Below, in pieces: positions 23,054-32,451 of a DNA stretch of 64,000 nucleotides. Made by a program: the position numbers and the translations under genes. This stretch comes from Myxococcota bacterium (GTDB lineage Bacteria; Myxococcota_A; UBA9042; PHBI01; JAWLBL01): positions 52,258 to 116,257 of the forward strand of contig JAWLBL010000029.1 of assembly GCA_041687695.1 (NCBI GenBank), written 5' to 3'. The notes under the pieces were generated by a model. The model searched no databases, was not told the DNA's origin, and saw nothing but the letters and a program-made list of their open reading frames with translations. Numbering within the stretch: position 1 is the stretch's first letter; every line of letters begins with the position of its first letter.

Positions 23054-23246
23054 GCGCGCCTCTCCCCTGCCCTCCCAGGATCCATACGAAGCTGAAAGCG
23101 CCGGCGTGGCCGGCGCGGGGCCGCCTGCGGCGGCTCAGGACTCAGTCCGACTCTGCAACGGGCGTCCCCACTCTCCCGACGACTCCTGGGCGGCCACTCG
23201 AGGCCGTCTCCCTGGATCGGACTGAGTAGACGCCACGTTGGGGCGG

Positions 23247-23828
23247 TCAGGTCGACTTCTTGACGAACTTGGTCAGGATGACGATCTGCTGGCCGGAGAC
23301 GCGGCCTTCGATGTGCTCGGGGTTGTCGGGGACGAGGGAGATGTTGCGGACGGGGGTGCCGCGCTTGGCGGTGAAGTTGGCGCCCTTGACGTCCAGATCC
23401 TTGATGAGGGTGACCGTGTCGCCGTTTTCCAACACGGCGCCGTGGCAGTCGCGGTGCTGGACGGAGGGCTCGTCGTCGGAGGGCGAGGCGCCGGCCTGAG
23501 CCCAGGCGAGGGTCTCGTCGTCGAGGTAGAGCTGGTCGAGCAGATCCTGGGGCCAGCCCTCGCCGCGGAGGCGGTCGAGCATGCGCCAGGCGAGGACCTG
23601 CACGGCGGGGACCGGGGTCCACATGCTGTCGTTGAGGCAGCGCCAGTGGTTGGGGTCGACGCGATCGGGGTGGTCGAGCTGGTCGCGGCAGGTGGCGCAC
23701 AGCCAGGCCGCGGTGTCGGCGGTGCCGTCGGGGGTCGGGGGGACCTCGTAGGGCGCGAGGTCGTCGGTCGCGGCGCACAGCTCGCAGGTGGCGTTGCTGC
23801 GGGCGAGGAGGTCGGCTTCGAGGGACAT
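23247..23828 (-). CDS. PhnA/YjdM-domain zinc-ribbon protein
   Basis: CELC...CATC, HWRCLNDSMW and GDTVTLIKDLDVKGA motifs. Confidence 0.9.
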   Translation of the reverse strand: MSLEADLLARSNATCELCAATDDLAPYEVPPTPDGTADTAAWLCATCRDQLDHPDRVDPNHWRCLNDSMWTPVPAVQVLAWRMLDRLRGEGWPQDLLDQLYLDDETLAWAQAGASPSDDEPSVQHRDCHGAVLENGDTVTLIKDLDVKGANFTAKRGTPVRNISLVPDNPEHIEGRVSGQQIVILTKFVKKST

Positions 23829-23955
23829 GGGCGGGCTCCGGGGCAAGGGGCGCGCGGAGTATCGGAGCCGGGCGGCGCGAGGGTCAAGGTGAACGACGGG
23901 TGCGCGGGGTGTGGTCAGAGGACGAGAGGCAAAGGTCAGGGGGCGTGCTGAGTCA

Positions 23956-24165
23956 GGCCGGATGGAAGAGGCCGTCACAGAAGCCTCTCGGAGTGCTCCA
24001 GCTTGCTGGAGCCCCCATCCGGCGCAGCTTGCTGCGCCGGGTTTGGCAGCCAGATCCCGGCGGCGAGCCGCCGGGGCCGGGGCTCCGGCAAGCCGGAGCA
24101 CTCCAAGGCCGCCCAGAGCGGCGTCATTGCAACTACACATGGAAGCCGGCGGTCCCGCGCGGGAG
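23956..24165. repeat. About 210-bp structured intergenic repeat (GGAGTGC...GCACTCC core, four hairpins), copy 1
   Basis: Aligns with 32245..32451; core at 23990..24104. Confidence 0.85.
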
Positions 24166-25815
24166 TCAGGGGGCGCCGACGACGAGGCGCTGGCGGAGGT
24201 AGGCGAGGTTCAGGGGGTTGAAGGTCGGGACCTGGGACAGGGCCTCGACCCAGTTGGTGACGGCGCCGGTCTGCATGACGTTGAGGCCGGGGGTGTCGAT
24301 GTGGGCGCCGGGGACCGGGCTCACGACGAACGAGGGGCCGTTCACCTCGGCGAAGAGGCCCTCGGGGGGCGGGCCGTAGGGGACGAGGCCCAGTGAGTGG
24401 CCCATCTCATGGCAGAGGGTGCTGGCCATGGCGAGGCCCAGGAGGTCGACGGCGAGGGCGTAGATCTCGTAGCGGTCGAGGACCTCGGAGGGGTGGCCGG
24501 CGGCGGGGTCGAAGGCGGGGTCGAGGAAGACGGCGTCTTCGGGCAGGGTGCCGATGGGGTGGCCGGTCTCGGGGAGGATGCTGGACAGCAGCAGCGGCGC
24601 GAGGGGGTTCTGCAGGACCAGGCGGACGAGCGCCGTGGGGTACACGCCGAGGCCGTAGACCGAGTCGTCCTCTCGCTCCTGGTTGTTCCAGTCGATCTTG
24701 GCGCGGCCGACGATGCCGGTGGCCTGGTCGGTCGGGGTGCCGTCGCCGCCCAGCGCGATGAGCGAGAGGGTGCCGGTCGGGTAGTCGGCGGGGGACGGGG
24801 CGCCGGGGTCGCCCTCGAACCAGAGGCGCAGCTGGACGCCGCCGGGTTGCGGGGCGCCGTCGGCGGTCAGGCCGAAGATGCGCGTCGCGTGGGCGCGGAC
24901 GGTGGCGAGGAGGCGGGCCTTGACGGCGGCGGTGGCCTCGGGGGCGTCGTGGCTGAAGAGGCCGAGCTCGTAGAAGGGCTCGTCGAAGTCGGGGACGCCA
25001 TTGCCGGCGGGGACGTGGTCGCTGGTGACCAGCTTGGTGCCATCGGGGCCGGGCTGGACGTTCAGGGCGAAGAGATCGCGCGAGAGGACGACGAGCCACT
25101 CGTCGGGGGTGGCGAAGGGGTCGAGGGCCGGGGGGAGCGTGGCCGCCTCGAAGGTGATGGCGCTGGAGGCGGCGCCGCCGGGGCCGGTGATGTCGGCGGC
25201 GCAAGTGACGGTCGTAGCGTCGGGGGCGGCGTCGGGGTCGGTGAAGAGGACTCGGCGGTGGTCGGGGTCGGCGGTCTCGGCGAAGGCGGCGGCGGTCAGC
25301 GGGTCGCCGGCGGGGGTGAGGGTGCCGTCGGGCAGGCGCAGGGGGGCGTCGCAGGTCACCGCCAGGGTGGACCAGTCGACCGGGCCGCCGCCGACGCGGG
25401 AGGCGTCGAGGGTGAAGTTGGCGCGGTTGACCCGCAGGGTGAAGGGGTGGAGCGCGCCGGAGGGGTCGGACCAGGGGACCGAGCCGTTCAGATCGGGCGG
25501 CAGCTCGTTGATGGTGAGGAGCAGGCCCGGGGGCTCGGGGGGGACGGTCGGGACGTCGGGGGTGACGTCGGGGGTGACGTCGGGGGCGGCGGCGGTGTCG
25601 AGGTCGGCGTCGGGATCGGGGTCGGACGGTACGTCCGGCGTGGCCGGAGCGTCGGCCTGGGCGTCGTCGACGGGGTCGGTGTCGGCGCCGGCATCGGTCG
25701 GATCGGCGCCGGGGGCGTCGGTCGCGACGTCGGCCGGCGGCGCCGGGGTCGGGTCGTCACCGCAGGCGGCGAGGGTCAGGGCGGTCAGGCCGGCGGCGAG
25801 GAGGGCGGTGCGCAT
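24166..25815 (-). CDS. Lipoprotein with a zinc metallopeptidase motif
   Basis: Lipobox LAAC, Asp/Pro-rich linker and HEMGHSLGL. Confidence 0.7.
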   Translation of the reverse strand: MRTALLAAGLTALTLAACGDDPTPAPPADVATDAPGADPTDAGADTDPVDDAQADAPATPDVPSDPDPDADLDTAAAPDVTPDVTPDVPTVPPEPPGLLLTINELPPDLNGSVPWSDPSGALHPFTLRVNRANFTLDASRVGGGPVDWSTLAVTCDAPLRLPDGTLTPAGDPLTAAAFAETADPDHRRVLFTDPDAAPDATTVTCAADITGPGGAASSAITFEAATLPPALDPFATPDEWLVVLSRDLFALNVQPGPDGTKLVTSDHVPAGNGVPDFDEPFYELGLFSHDAPEATAAVKARLLATVRAHATRIFGLTADGAPQPGGVQLRLWFEGDPGAPSPADYPTGTLSLIALGGDGTPTDQATGIVGRAKIDWNNQEREDDSVYGLGVYPTALVRLVLQNPLAPLLLSSILPETGHPIGTLPEDAVFLDPAFDPAAGHPSEVLDRYEIYALAVDLLGLAMASTLCHEMGHSLGLVPYGPPPEGLFAEVNGPSFVVSPVPGAHIDTPGLNVMQTGAVTNWVEALSQVPTFNPLNLAYLRQRLVVGAP

Positions 25816-25876
25816 GGGCGCGGAGCATAGCGGGCCGGGGAGGCGGAGTCATGGGGAGGCGGCGGGGCGTGACGAG

Positions 25877-25926
25877 GGCGCCGCGAGCGGCGCGATCCAA
25901 CGAGCCCCCGCCAGCGGGGGCACTCC
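25877..25926. repeat. REP-like double hairpin ending GCACTCC (copy 4)
   Basis: gcgccgcgagcggcgc...gagcccccgccagcgggggcactcc. Confidence 0.7.
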
Positions 25927-25945
25927 AGCGGAGGCGCGGGCGTTT

Positions 25946-27100
25946 TCAGGCGGCGCGGGGGACGGCGGCGCCGGTGAGGTAGTCGCCGACGCGGGTCCAG
26001 AGGCGCTCGAAGGCGGGGCGGCGGAAGCCGGAGCCGGTGTGGAGCCAGTCGATGTGGGGGGGCTCGTGGCGGCGGTCGTCGAAGTGGCCGACGACGTCGA
26101 GGTGGTCGGCGCGGTCGACGTGGATGACCTCGCCCCAGACCTGCGACAGGGTCGGGACGACGCCGTCGTTGGTGCGGGCGTCGGGGAAGCGGCCGAGGGC
26201 GGCCTCGACGGCGGCGCGCTGGGTGTCGTCGAGCAGCGGGACGTGGCCGGGCGCCATGCGGGAGGTCATGTGGTGCAGGGCGCGGTAGATGGCGTGGGTG
26301 GCCTGCGCGTAGGGGTCGAGGCCGGTCTCGACGATGCTGACGAGGCCCGGGGGGCGGGCGGCGGTGACGACGGAGCCGTAGCGGACGCCGGGGCGCTGCT
26401 CGGTCGAGGCGTTGAAGGTGGCGATGCCCTCGGGGGTGAGCTGGGTGAGCAGGGACTGGTCGGTGCGGACGAGGCCGAGGAAGTCGGTGATGGCCTCGCG
26501 GCGGTCGACCGTGAAGTCGCCGAGCAGCTTGCCGTAGAGCTGGTCGATGAGGGTGTTGGTCATGCCCAGGTGGTCGTCGAGGCGGGCGAGCAGGCCGCCG
26601 AGCTTGAGGGCGACGCCGATGGGCAGCTTGCCGTAGCGCAGGGCGTAGATGGTGGTCAGCGACAGGAGCCGGAGCATCTGCTGGCCGAAGATGCTGCGGA
26701 AGAAGGAGGCGAGCGGGGTGCCGTAGTGCGGGGTGGCGACGGTGACGACGGTGCGGACGCGGCGGACGTAGGCCTCGAGGTCGGGGGCGTCGGGGAGGGT
26801 GAAGCCCGGGGTGGTGAACAGGCGGGCGTCGAGGCCGCCGGTCGAGTGGCCGACGAGGTGGATGAGGCCGCGGTCGCCGGCGTGGTCGCGCAGGGCGGCG
26901 AGGATGCGGCCGGCGCGGGCCTCGATGGAGGCGGTCGGGAGCGTCGGGACGCGGTGGACGGTGACGGGGAGGCCGGCCTGGGCGAAGACGTGCTCGAGCC
27001 ACTCGGCGACGTGCATGAAGTAGAAGAGGCCGCCGAGGTTGGCGAAGCCGAAGAAGCCCGGGATGAGGAAGATGTGGTGGGGTGCGGAACGCGTGGTCAT
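25946..27100 (-). CDS. Alpha/beta hydrolase (triacylglycerol lipase-like)
   Basis: LIPGFFGF, GHSTGG nucleophile, ATPHYGTP, NDGVV and DHLDVVGHF motifs. Confidence 0.88.
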   Translation of the reverse strand: MTTRSAPHHIFLIPGFFGFANLGGLFYFMHVAEWLEHVFAQAGLPVTVHRVPTLPTASIEARAGRILAALRDHAGDRGLIHLVGHSTGGLDARLFTTPGFTLPDAPDLEAYVRRVRTVVTVATPHYGTPLASFFRSIFGQQMLRLLSLTTIYALRYGKLPIGVALKLGGLLARLDDHLGMTNTLIDQLYGKLLGDFTVDRREAITDFLGLVRTDQSLLTQLTPEGIATFNASTEQRPGVRYGSVVTAARPPGLVSIVETGLDPYAQATHAIYRALHHMTSRMAPGHVPLLDDTQRAAVEAALGRFPDARTNDGVVPTLSQVWGEVIHVDRADHLDVVGHFDDRRHEPPHIDWLHTGSGFRRPAFERLWTRVGDYLTGAAVPRAA

Positions 27101-27429
27101 GTCGCTCGTCGGGGATCGTCGGACGTCGGGGCGCGTCGGATCGAACACAGCGGAAGGACGAGGTATTCGATGGGATGACGGGAGTATGGGCTGCCCGGCG
27201 GTCGCTGGCCAGCGCAAGGGCCCGCCGGAGGGAACAAAGCCCCACCCGCGGTCCTTCTGATCGGTAGCCCCGCACCCGGCGACCGGACGGGCCCCCGAGG
27301 GTCAGGTCCGAGCGGCTTGCGAGGCCGCTCCGCGACTCGGCCCTTGCTTCCCCGAACGGGCCGACATACGAGCATCGACAGGCCGGCAACCCGGTCGCCC
27401 TCCCCCTTCACGCACGAGCACCGCCCCCC

Positions 27430-28737
27430 GTGAGCCGCATCGCCGTTCTGTTCAACCAGGACTACGCCCCCTCGGGGGCCGGCGCGCCCGTGACCCACCG
27501 CCCCTCGGTGGACGACGGCGGCGACGCCGACGAACCTCCGTCCCTGGGTGCTCGGGACGATGGCGCAGAGGGCGCTGCCGGCACCGACGCAATGGGCGCT
27601 GCCGGCACCGACGCAATGGGCGCTGCCGGCACGGACGCAATGGGCGCTGCTGGCACGGACGCAACGGCCGGCGCCGACGACGGCGAGGAGGCCCGCGCCA
27701 GCGTGCGCCTGGTCGCCGAGGCCATCGCCAGCGCGGTGACCGGCTCGAGCGGCGCGCGGGTCGTGCTGGCGCCCATCCGGCACCCGTCGGACGTGATGCG
27801 CGTGGTGCGCCAGAGCCGGCCGGATCTGGTCGTCAACCTGTGCGAGTCGCTGCGGCGCGACGCGCGCTTCGAGCCGGCGGTGGCCTTCCTGCTCGAGCGG
27901 CTGGGCGTGCCGTTCACGGGCAGCCCGGCCGAGACGCTGCGCATCTGCCTGGACAAGGCGACCTGCAACTCGGTGCTGCTGGCCGAAGGCGTGCCCGTCC
28001 CGCCGACGTTCCTGGCGCGCGACCCCGACCGCCTTCCGCCGGGCATCCCGGTGCCGTGCATCGTCAAGCCCAGCCGCGAGGACGGCTCGACCGGCATCGA
28101 CAACTCGTCGGTGGTGCGCGACCCCGCGAAGCTGGCCGACCGGGTGCGGCGCGTGGTCGACAACCTGCGGCAGCCCGCGGTGGTGCAGGGCTTCGTCGAG
28201 GGGCGCGAGCTGAACGTGGCGCTGCTGGGCGACCCGCTGCGGGTCGTGTTCATCACCGAGATCGACTTTGGGCGGCTCGAGGCCGGGCTGCCCAAGATCG
28301 TCAGCTATGCGTCCAAGTGGGTGCCGGGCTCGCCCGAGTGGGAGGGGTCGCAGGTCATCGCCGCCGAGTTGGACGCGGCGACGCGGGCGCGGGTCGAGGG
28401 TGTGGCCCGGGCCGCGGCGCGCGCCGTGAAGATGCGCGGCTATGGGCGCGTGGACATCCGCCTGACCCCCGAGGGGCAGCCGTTCGTCATCGACGTCAAC
28501 CCGAACTGCGATCTGGACCCCGAGGCCGGGTTCGCGGGCGCCGGGCGACGCGCCGGCCTGAGCTACGAACAGGTGGTGTGGCGCATCCTCGACAGCGCTG
28601 GCGCCGGGCAAGCGCAGCGTGCGCCCGCCAACACCAGCGCCGGGCACCGCCCGCGCCGCCAGCTGGGCCCCGATCTGCGGCGCGCCGCGCGCTGGCTGGG
28701 TGGCCTGCCGCTGTTAGGCGAGCCGCGCCCGTTCTGA
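27430..28737 (+). CDS. ATP-grasp D-Ala-D-Ala ligase-like protein
   Basis: VNLCES, GVPFTGS, CLDK, IVKPSREDGS.GI, GRELNV, YGRVDIR and DVNPNC motifs. Confidence 0.85.
   Translation: MSRIAVLFNQDYAPSGAGAPVTHRPSVDDGGDADEPPSLGARDDGAEGAAGTDAMGAAGTDAMGAAGTDAMGAAGTDATAGADDGEEARASVRLVAEAIASAVTGSSGARVVLAPIRHPSDVMRVVRQSRPDLVVNLCESLRRDARFEPAVAFLLERLGVPFTGSPAETLRICLDKATCNSVLLAEGVPVPPTFLARDPDRLPPGIPVPCIVKPSREDGSTGIDNSSVVRDPAKLADRVRRVVDNLRQPAVVQGFVEGRELNVALLGDPLRVVFITEIDFGRLEAGLPKIVSYASKWVPGSPEWEGSQVIAAELDAATRARVEGVARAAARAVKMRGYGRVDIRLTPEGQPFVIDVNPNCDLDPEAGFAGAGRRAGLSYEQVVWRILDSAGAGQAQRAPANTSAGHRPRRQLGPDLRRAARWLGGLPLLGEPRPF
27571..27666 (+). repeat. In-frame 24-bp tandem repeat x4 (GAAGTDAM)
   Basis: ggcgctgccggcaccgacgcaatg units. 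Confidence 0.9.
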
Positions 28738-28800
28738 TTTTGCGCGCGCGGGCCGCCCATGGCCGGCGCGTCACTTCCGTCGCCATAGGACACGACAGGC

Positions 28801-30066
28801 ATGGAGCTTCGTCCCCTTTCGCCCGCCGACCGCGAGCCCCTGCTGGCGCTGCTGCGCTCGATCGAGTCGTTCACGCCCGACGAGGTGGACGTCGCGATGG
28901 AGCTGGTCGACGTCGCGCTCAACCAACCGGACCAGAAGGACTACGAGTTCGTCATCGCCGGCCTCGACGGCGAGGTCGCCGGCTACGTGTGCTTCGGGCC
29001 GACTCCGATGACCGAGGGCACCTTCGACATGTACTGGGTGGCGACCCACCCGAAGTTCGCGCGGCGCGGCGTGGCGCGGGCGCTGGTGCGGCGCATGGAC
29101 GAGATCCTGACGGCGCGGGGCGCGCGCATCGTGCGCATCGAGACGTCGAGCCAGGAGGCCTACGGCAGCGCGCACGGCTTCTACGAGGCGCTGGGCTTTT
29201 CGGAGGAGGCGCGGTTTCGCGACTTCTACAAGCCCAACGACGACCTCATCACGTTCTCGCACCGGCTCGGGGCGCACCGGCCGCAACACCGCGAGATGAT
29301 GTGGGAGGCGGCGCCCGACCTGTGGGACGCGGCGTTCGGCTATCGGGACTTCGCGGCCGAGCGGGATTTCCTGCTGAAGTGCCAGGCGCGGTGGGGGCGC
29401 GGCGAGTGCCGCGAGGTCATCGAGTGGGCGTGCGGGCCGGCGCGGCACCTCGAGGCGTTCGCGCAGCTTGGGCACATCGAGGCGGTGGGGGTCGAGGCGG
29501 CGCCGGCGATGCTGGACTTCACGCGGCGGCGGCTGGCGCATCTGCCCAGCGTGAGCCTGCGCGAGGGGGACCTGCGCTCGACGGTGGTCAAGCCGCGGGC
29601 GGATCTGGCGTTCTCGCTGCTGTCGGCGATTCACCAGCTGGACGACGAGGCGGACCTGAAGGCGCACCTGCAGACGTGCGCCGAGTCGCTGCGCGAGGGC
29701 GGGCTGTACGTCATCGAGGCGACGCATCCGCGGGATCTCACGCCCGCCGGGCAGCACCAGAGCGCGTGGAGCGTGCAGAGCGCCGAGGGCAAGGTGGACG
29801 CGACGTTCACGCTGGACATCGCGCGGCTCGAGGCGCCGGGGCGGGTGCCGGTGCGGCTGGAGCTGCGGGCCGAGCGGGGCGAGGACAAGAAGACGTGGTG
29901 GATGGACAGCCGGTGGTTCATCCCGGACGAGCGCGGGTGGGAGCGCCTGCTGGGCGAGGTGCCGCAGTTCGAGTGCGTGGCGCGGCTGGGGGATCTGAGC
30001 CTGGCGACGCCCTTCGAGAGCCCGGCGGCATGGCGGCTGGTGCTGGTGCTGCGGAAGGTGGGCTGA
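28801..30066 (+). CDS. GNAT acetyltransferase fused to a class I SAM methyltransferase-like domain
   Basis: GYVCFGPTPMT.GTFDMYWVA...RRGVA...IETSS, followed by IEWACGPARH and LREGGLYVIE. Confidence 0.8.
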   Translation: MELRPLSPADREPLLALLRSIESFTPDEVDVAMELVDVALNQPDQKDYEFVIAGLDGEVAGYVCFGPTPMTEGTFDMYWVATHPKFARRGVARALVRRMDEILTARGARIVRIETSSQEAYGSAHGFYEALGFSEEARFRDFYKPNDDLITFSHRLGAHRPQHREMMWEAAPDLWDAAFGYRDFAAERDFLLKCQARWGRGECREVIEWACGPARHLEAFAQLGHIEAVGVEAAPAMLDFTRRRLAHLPSVSLREGDLRSTVVKPRADLAFSLLSAIHQLDDEADLKAHLQTCAESLREGGLYVIEATHPRDLTPAGQHQSAWSVQSAEGKVDATFTLDIARLEAPGRVPVRLELRAERGEDKKTWWMDSRWFIPDERGWERLLGEVPQFECVARLGDLSLATPFESPAAWRLVLVLRKVG

Positions 30067-30162
30067 GGGGCGCGCGCGGAGCCGGTTGCGGTGGGCGGTT
30101 GTAACGCCGGCGCGGGCTGGGTAGCGTCCGGGGCCATGAGGCACGGGACCGCGGGTGGCGTG

Positions 30163-32244
30163 ATGAGGCTGCTGGCGCTGGCGCTGGCCGCAGCGGCCCT
30201 GGTGACGGCGTGCGGCGACGCGCCCGAGCGGGTGGTGCTGCATCGCAGCAACTGCCTGGTGTGCCACCAGCCGCTCGACGAGCGGGGCGAGGCGCACGGC
30301 ATCGAGGAGGCGCACCCGTGGGCCGAGCTGTCGTGCGTGGACTGTCACGGCGGGCAGGACCGGCTGTGCGACGGCGAGCTGGTCGTGACGGGTGGAGAGC
30401 CCGAGTGCCGCGGGGAGTGGATGTACGATCAGCGGCTGGCGCACGTGAGCCCGGGGGACGGGCCGGTGGACCTGCGTGGGCTGTCGCCGGCCGAGCTGGA
30501 CCGGGTGGACCGGGACTACCTGCGGTTCGTGAACCCGGGGGACCACCGGGTCGTGCAGGACACGTGCGGGCGGTGTCACACGAACGTGGCGGCGGCGGCG
30601 CGGCGGTCGCTGATGACGCACGGGGCGGGCGAGCTGGCGGCGGCGCGGTTTCGGGCCGGGCAGGACAGCTCGCCCGTGGGGCGGTTCGCGGCGGTGCCGG
30701 TGCAGGACCCGGCGCCGTTGGGGGCGCAGGGGTGCGGGGCCGTGGCCGCCTTCGCGCGGTTCTCGCCGCCGCCCATCGTGCCCGGCAGCGCGGACCCGGT
30801 GCAGGCGCCCACGGCGGGCAACGCGGTGGACCAGCTGCTGGCGAAGACCTGCATCGGGTGCCATCTGAGCAGCTTCGGGGCGGGCGAGGCGCCGGGGACG
30901 CACCGCTCGTCGGGGTGCACGGGGTGTCACATGCCGTACGCCGAGGACGGGCTGAGCCGGTCGAGCGACCCGTGGGTGGACAAGCAGGCGGCGGGGCATC
31001 CGGTGCGGCACAGCATCAGCACGGCGCCGCCGACCGAGGCGTGCGTGGCGTGCCATCACGACGGGGCGCAGATCGGGCTGAGCTTTCAGGGGATGCGGGC
31101 GCCGGCGGACGCGGCGCACGAGAGCCCGTTCACGGGGCGGCTGGAGCGGGCGCTGTACGGGTGGCCGGCCGGGGCGCTGGTGGTGGACGAGGACACGCGC
31201 AACGACTGGGACGAGACGCCGCCGGATCTGCACTTCGAGGCGGGGATGAGCTGCATCGACTGCCACACGCAGGCCGAGCTGCACGGGGACGGACACCTGC
31301 AGTCGCGGGCGGCGTGCGTGGTGCGGACGACGTGCGAGGACTGCCACGGGACGGTGGCGGAGCGGGCGCGGACGAGCGCGCTGCGGCCGGGGCTGCGGGT
31401 GGAGAGCGAGCGGGTGGTGCTGACGACGCGGGTGGACGGGCGCGAGCTGGTGGTGCCGCAGCTGGCCGAGGCGGCGGTGGCGGCGCACGCGGGGCACGTG
31501 GGCGAGGTCGGGTGCGTTACGTGCCACGCGGGGTGGATGCCCAGCTGCTACGGGTGCCATGTGACCGTGGACCTGAGCGAGGGGCAGGCGTACCTGACGA
31601 CGGGGGCGCAGGTGCCCGGGGCGATTCGGGCCGAGCGGGGGCCGGTGCGGACGCACGACATGGTGCTGATGCGGGACCAGAACGGGTTCATCATGCCGAG
31701 CCTGCCGGCCGAGCGGCTGGTGGTGACGTTGAGCGAGTGGCTGGACGCGCCGGGCGGGGCGGCGGAGCATCGGTACGTGGCGCGCAGTCCCAGGGCGTTT
31801 CCGGCGGGCGGCGGGGCGGTGCGGCCTGGGTTCGGGCAGCGGCCCATCGACCCGCACACGACGCGGCGGGTGAGCGCGTTCATGGCATGTGACCGGTGTC
31901 ACTCCGAGGGGGACGCGGAGGCGCCGGACAACGAGGCGCTGTTGGACCTGACGCACGGGTTCGGGACGGAGCGGTTCGTGGTGGAGACGTGCGACGTGGC
32001 GGCGGCGCCGGGGTGTGAGGCGGGGGCGCCGACCAAGGCGCATCGGCTGGACGCGGTGCAGACGCGGACCGGCGAGGCGCTGGTGGTGCCGGCGACGCTG
32101 GGGCCGGAGGCGGCGAGGCCGCTCACCTTCGAGGAGATCGGCCGGATGCGGGCCATCGGGGTGCCGGCGGACGCGTGGCCGAGGACGGAGCCGCCGCAGA
32201 GCTCGGGGGACACGCGGTGGCCGAGGCCGGTCCGGGTCGAGTAG
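30163..32244 (+). CDS. Multiheme cytochrome c lipoprotein (11 CxxCH)
   Basis: Lipobox VTAC; CLVCH, CVDCH, CGRCH, CIGCH, CTGCH, CVACH, CIDCH, CEDCH, CVTCH, CYGCH and CDRCH. Confidence 0.88.
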   Translation: MRLLALALAAAALVTACGDAPERVVLHRSNCLVCHQPLDERGEAHGIEEAHPWAELSCVDCHGGQDRLCDGELVVTGGEPECRGEWMYDQRLAHVSPGDGPVDLRGLSPAELDRVDRDYLRFVNPGDHRVVQDTCGRCHTNVAAAARRSLMTHGAGELAAARFRAGQDSSPVGRFAAVPVQDPAPLGAQGCGAVAAFARFSPPPIVPGSADPVQAPTAGNAVDQLLAKTCIGCHLSSFGAGEAPGTHRSSGCTGCHMPYAEDGLSRSSDPWVDKQAAGHPVRHSISTAPPTEACVACHHDGAQIGLSFQGMRAPADAAHESPFTGRLERALYGWPAGALVVDEDTRNDWDETPPDLHFEAGMSCIDCHTQAELHGDGHLQSRAACVVRTTCEDCHGTVAERARTSALRPGLRVESERVVLTTRVDGRELVVPQLAEAAVAAHAGHVGEVGCVTCHAGWMPSCYGCHVTVDLSEGQAYLTTGAQVPGAIRAERGPVRTHDMVLMRDQNGFIMPSLPAERLVVTLSEWLDAPGGAAEHRYVARSPRAFPAGGGAVRPGFGQRPIDPHTTRRVSAFMACDRCHSEGDAEAPDNEALLDLTHGFGTERFVVETCDVAAAPGCEAGAPTKAHRLDAVQTRTGEALVVPATLGPEAARPLTFEEIGRMRAIGVPADAWPRTEPPQSSGDTRWPRPVRVE

Positions 32245-32451
32245 GGCCGGCTGGAAGAGGCTGTCGCAAAAAGCCAACCGGAGTGCTCCACCTTGGTGGA
32301 GCCCCCATCCGGCGCAGCTTGCTGCGCCGGTTTGGCGGCCAGATCCCGGCGGCGAGCCGCCGGGGTCGGGGCTCCGGCAAGCCGGAGCACTCCAAGGCCG
32401 CCTCCGCCGGCATCAATGTGACACCCTCTGGAAGCCGACGGTCCCAGGAGG
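32245..32451. repeat. About 210-bp structured intergenic repeat, copy 2
   Basis: Aligns with 23956..24165; core at 32280..32393. Confidence 0.85.

Noticed and set aside
23160..23185. 5S rRNA fragment (GGGAGAGTGGGGACGCC on the minus strand)
   Set aside because: The similarity is too short and the other 5S helices are missing.
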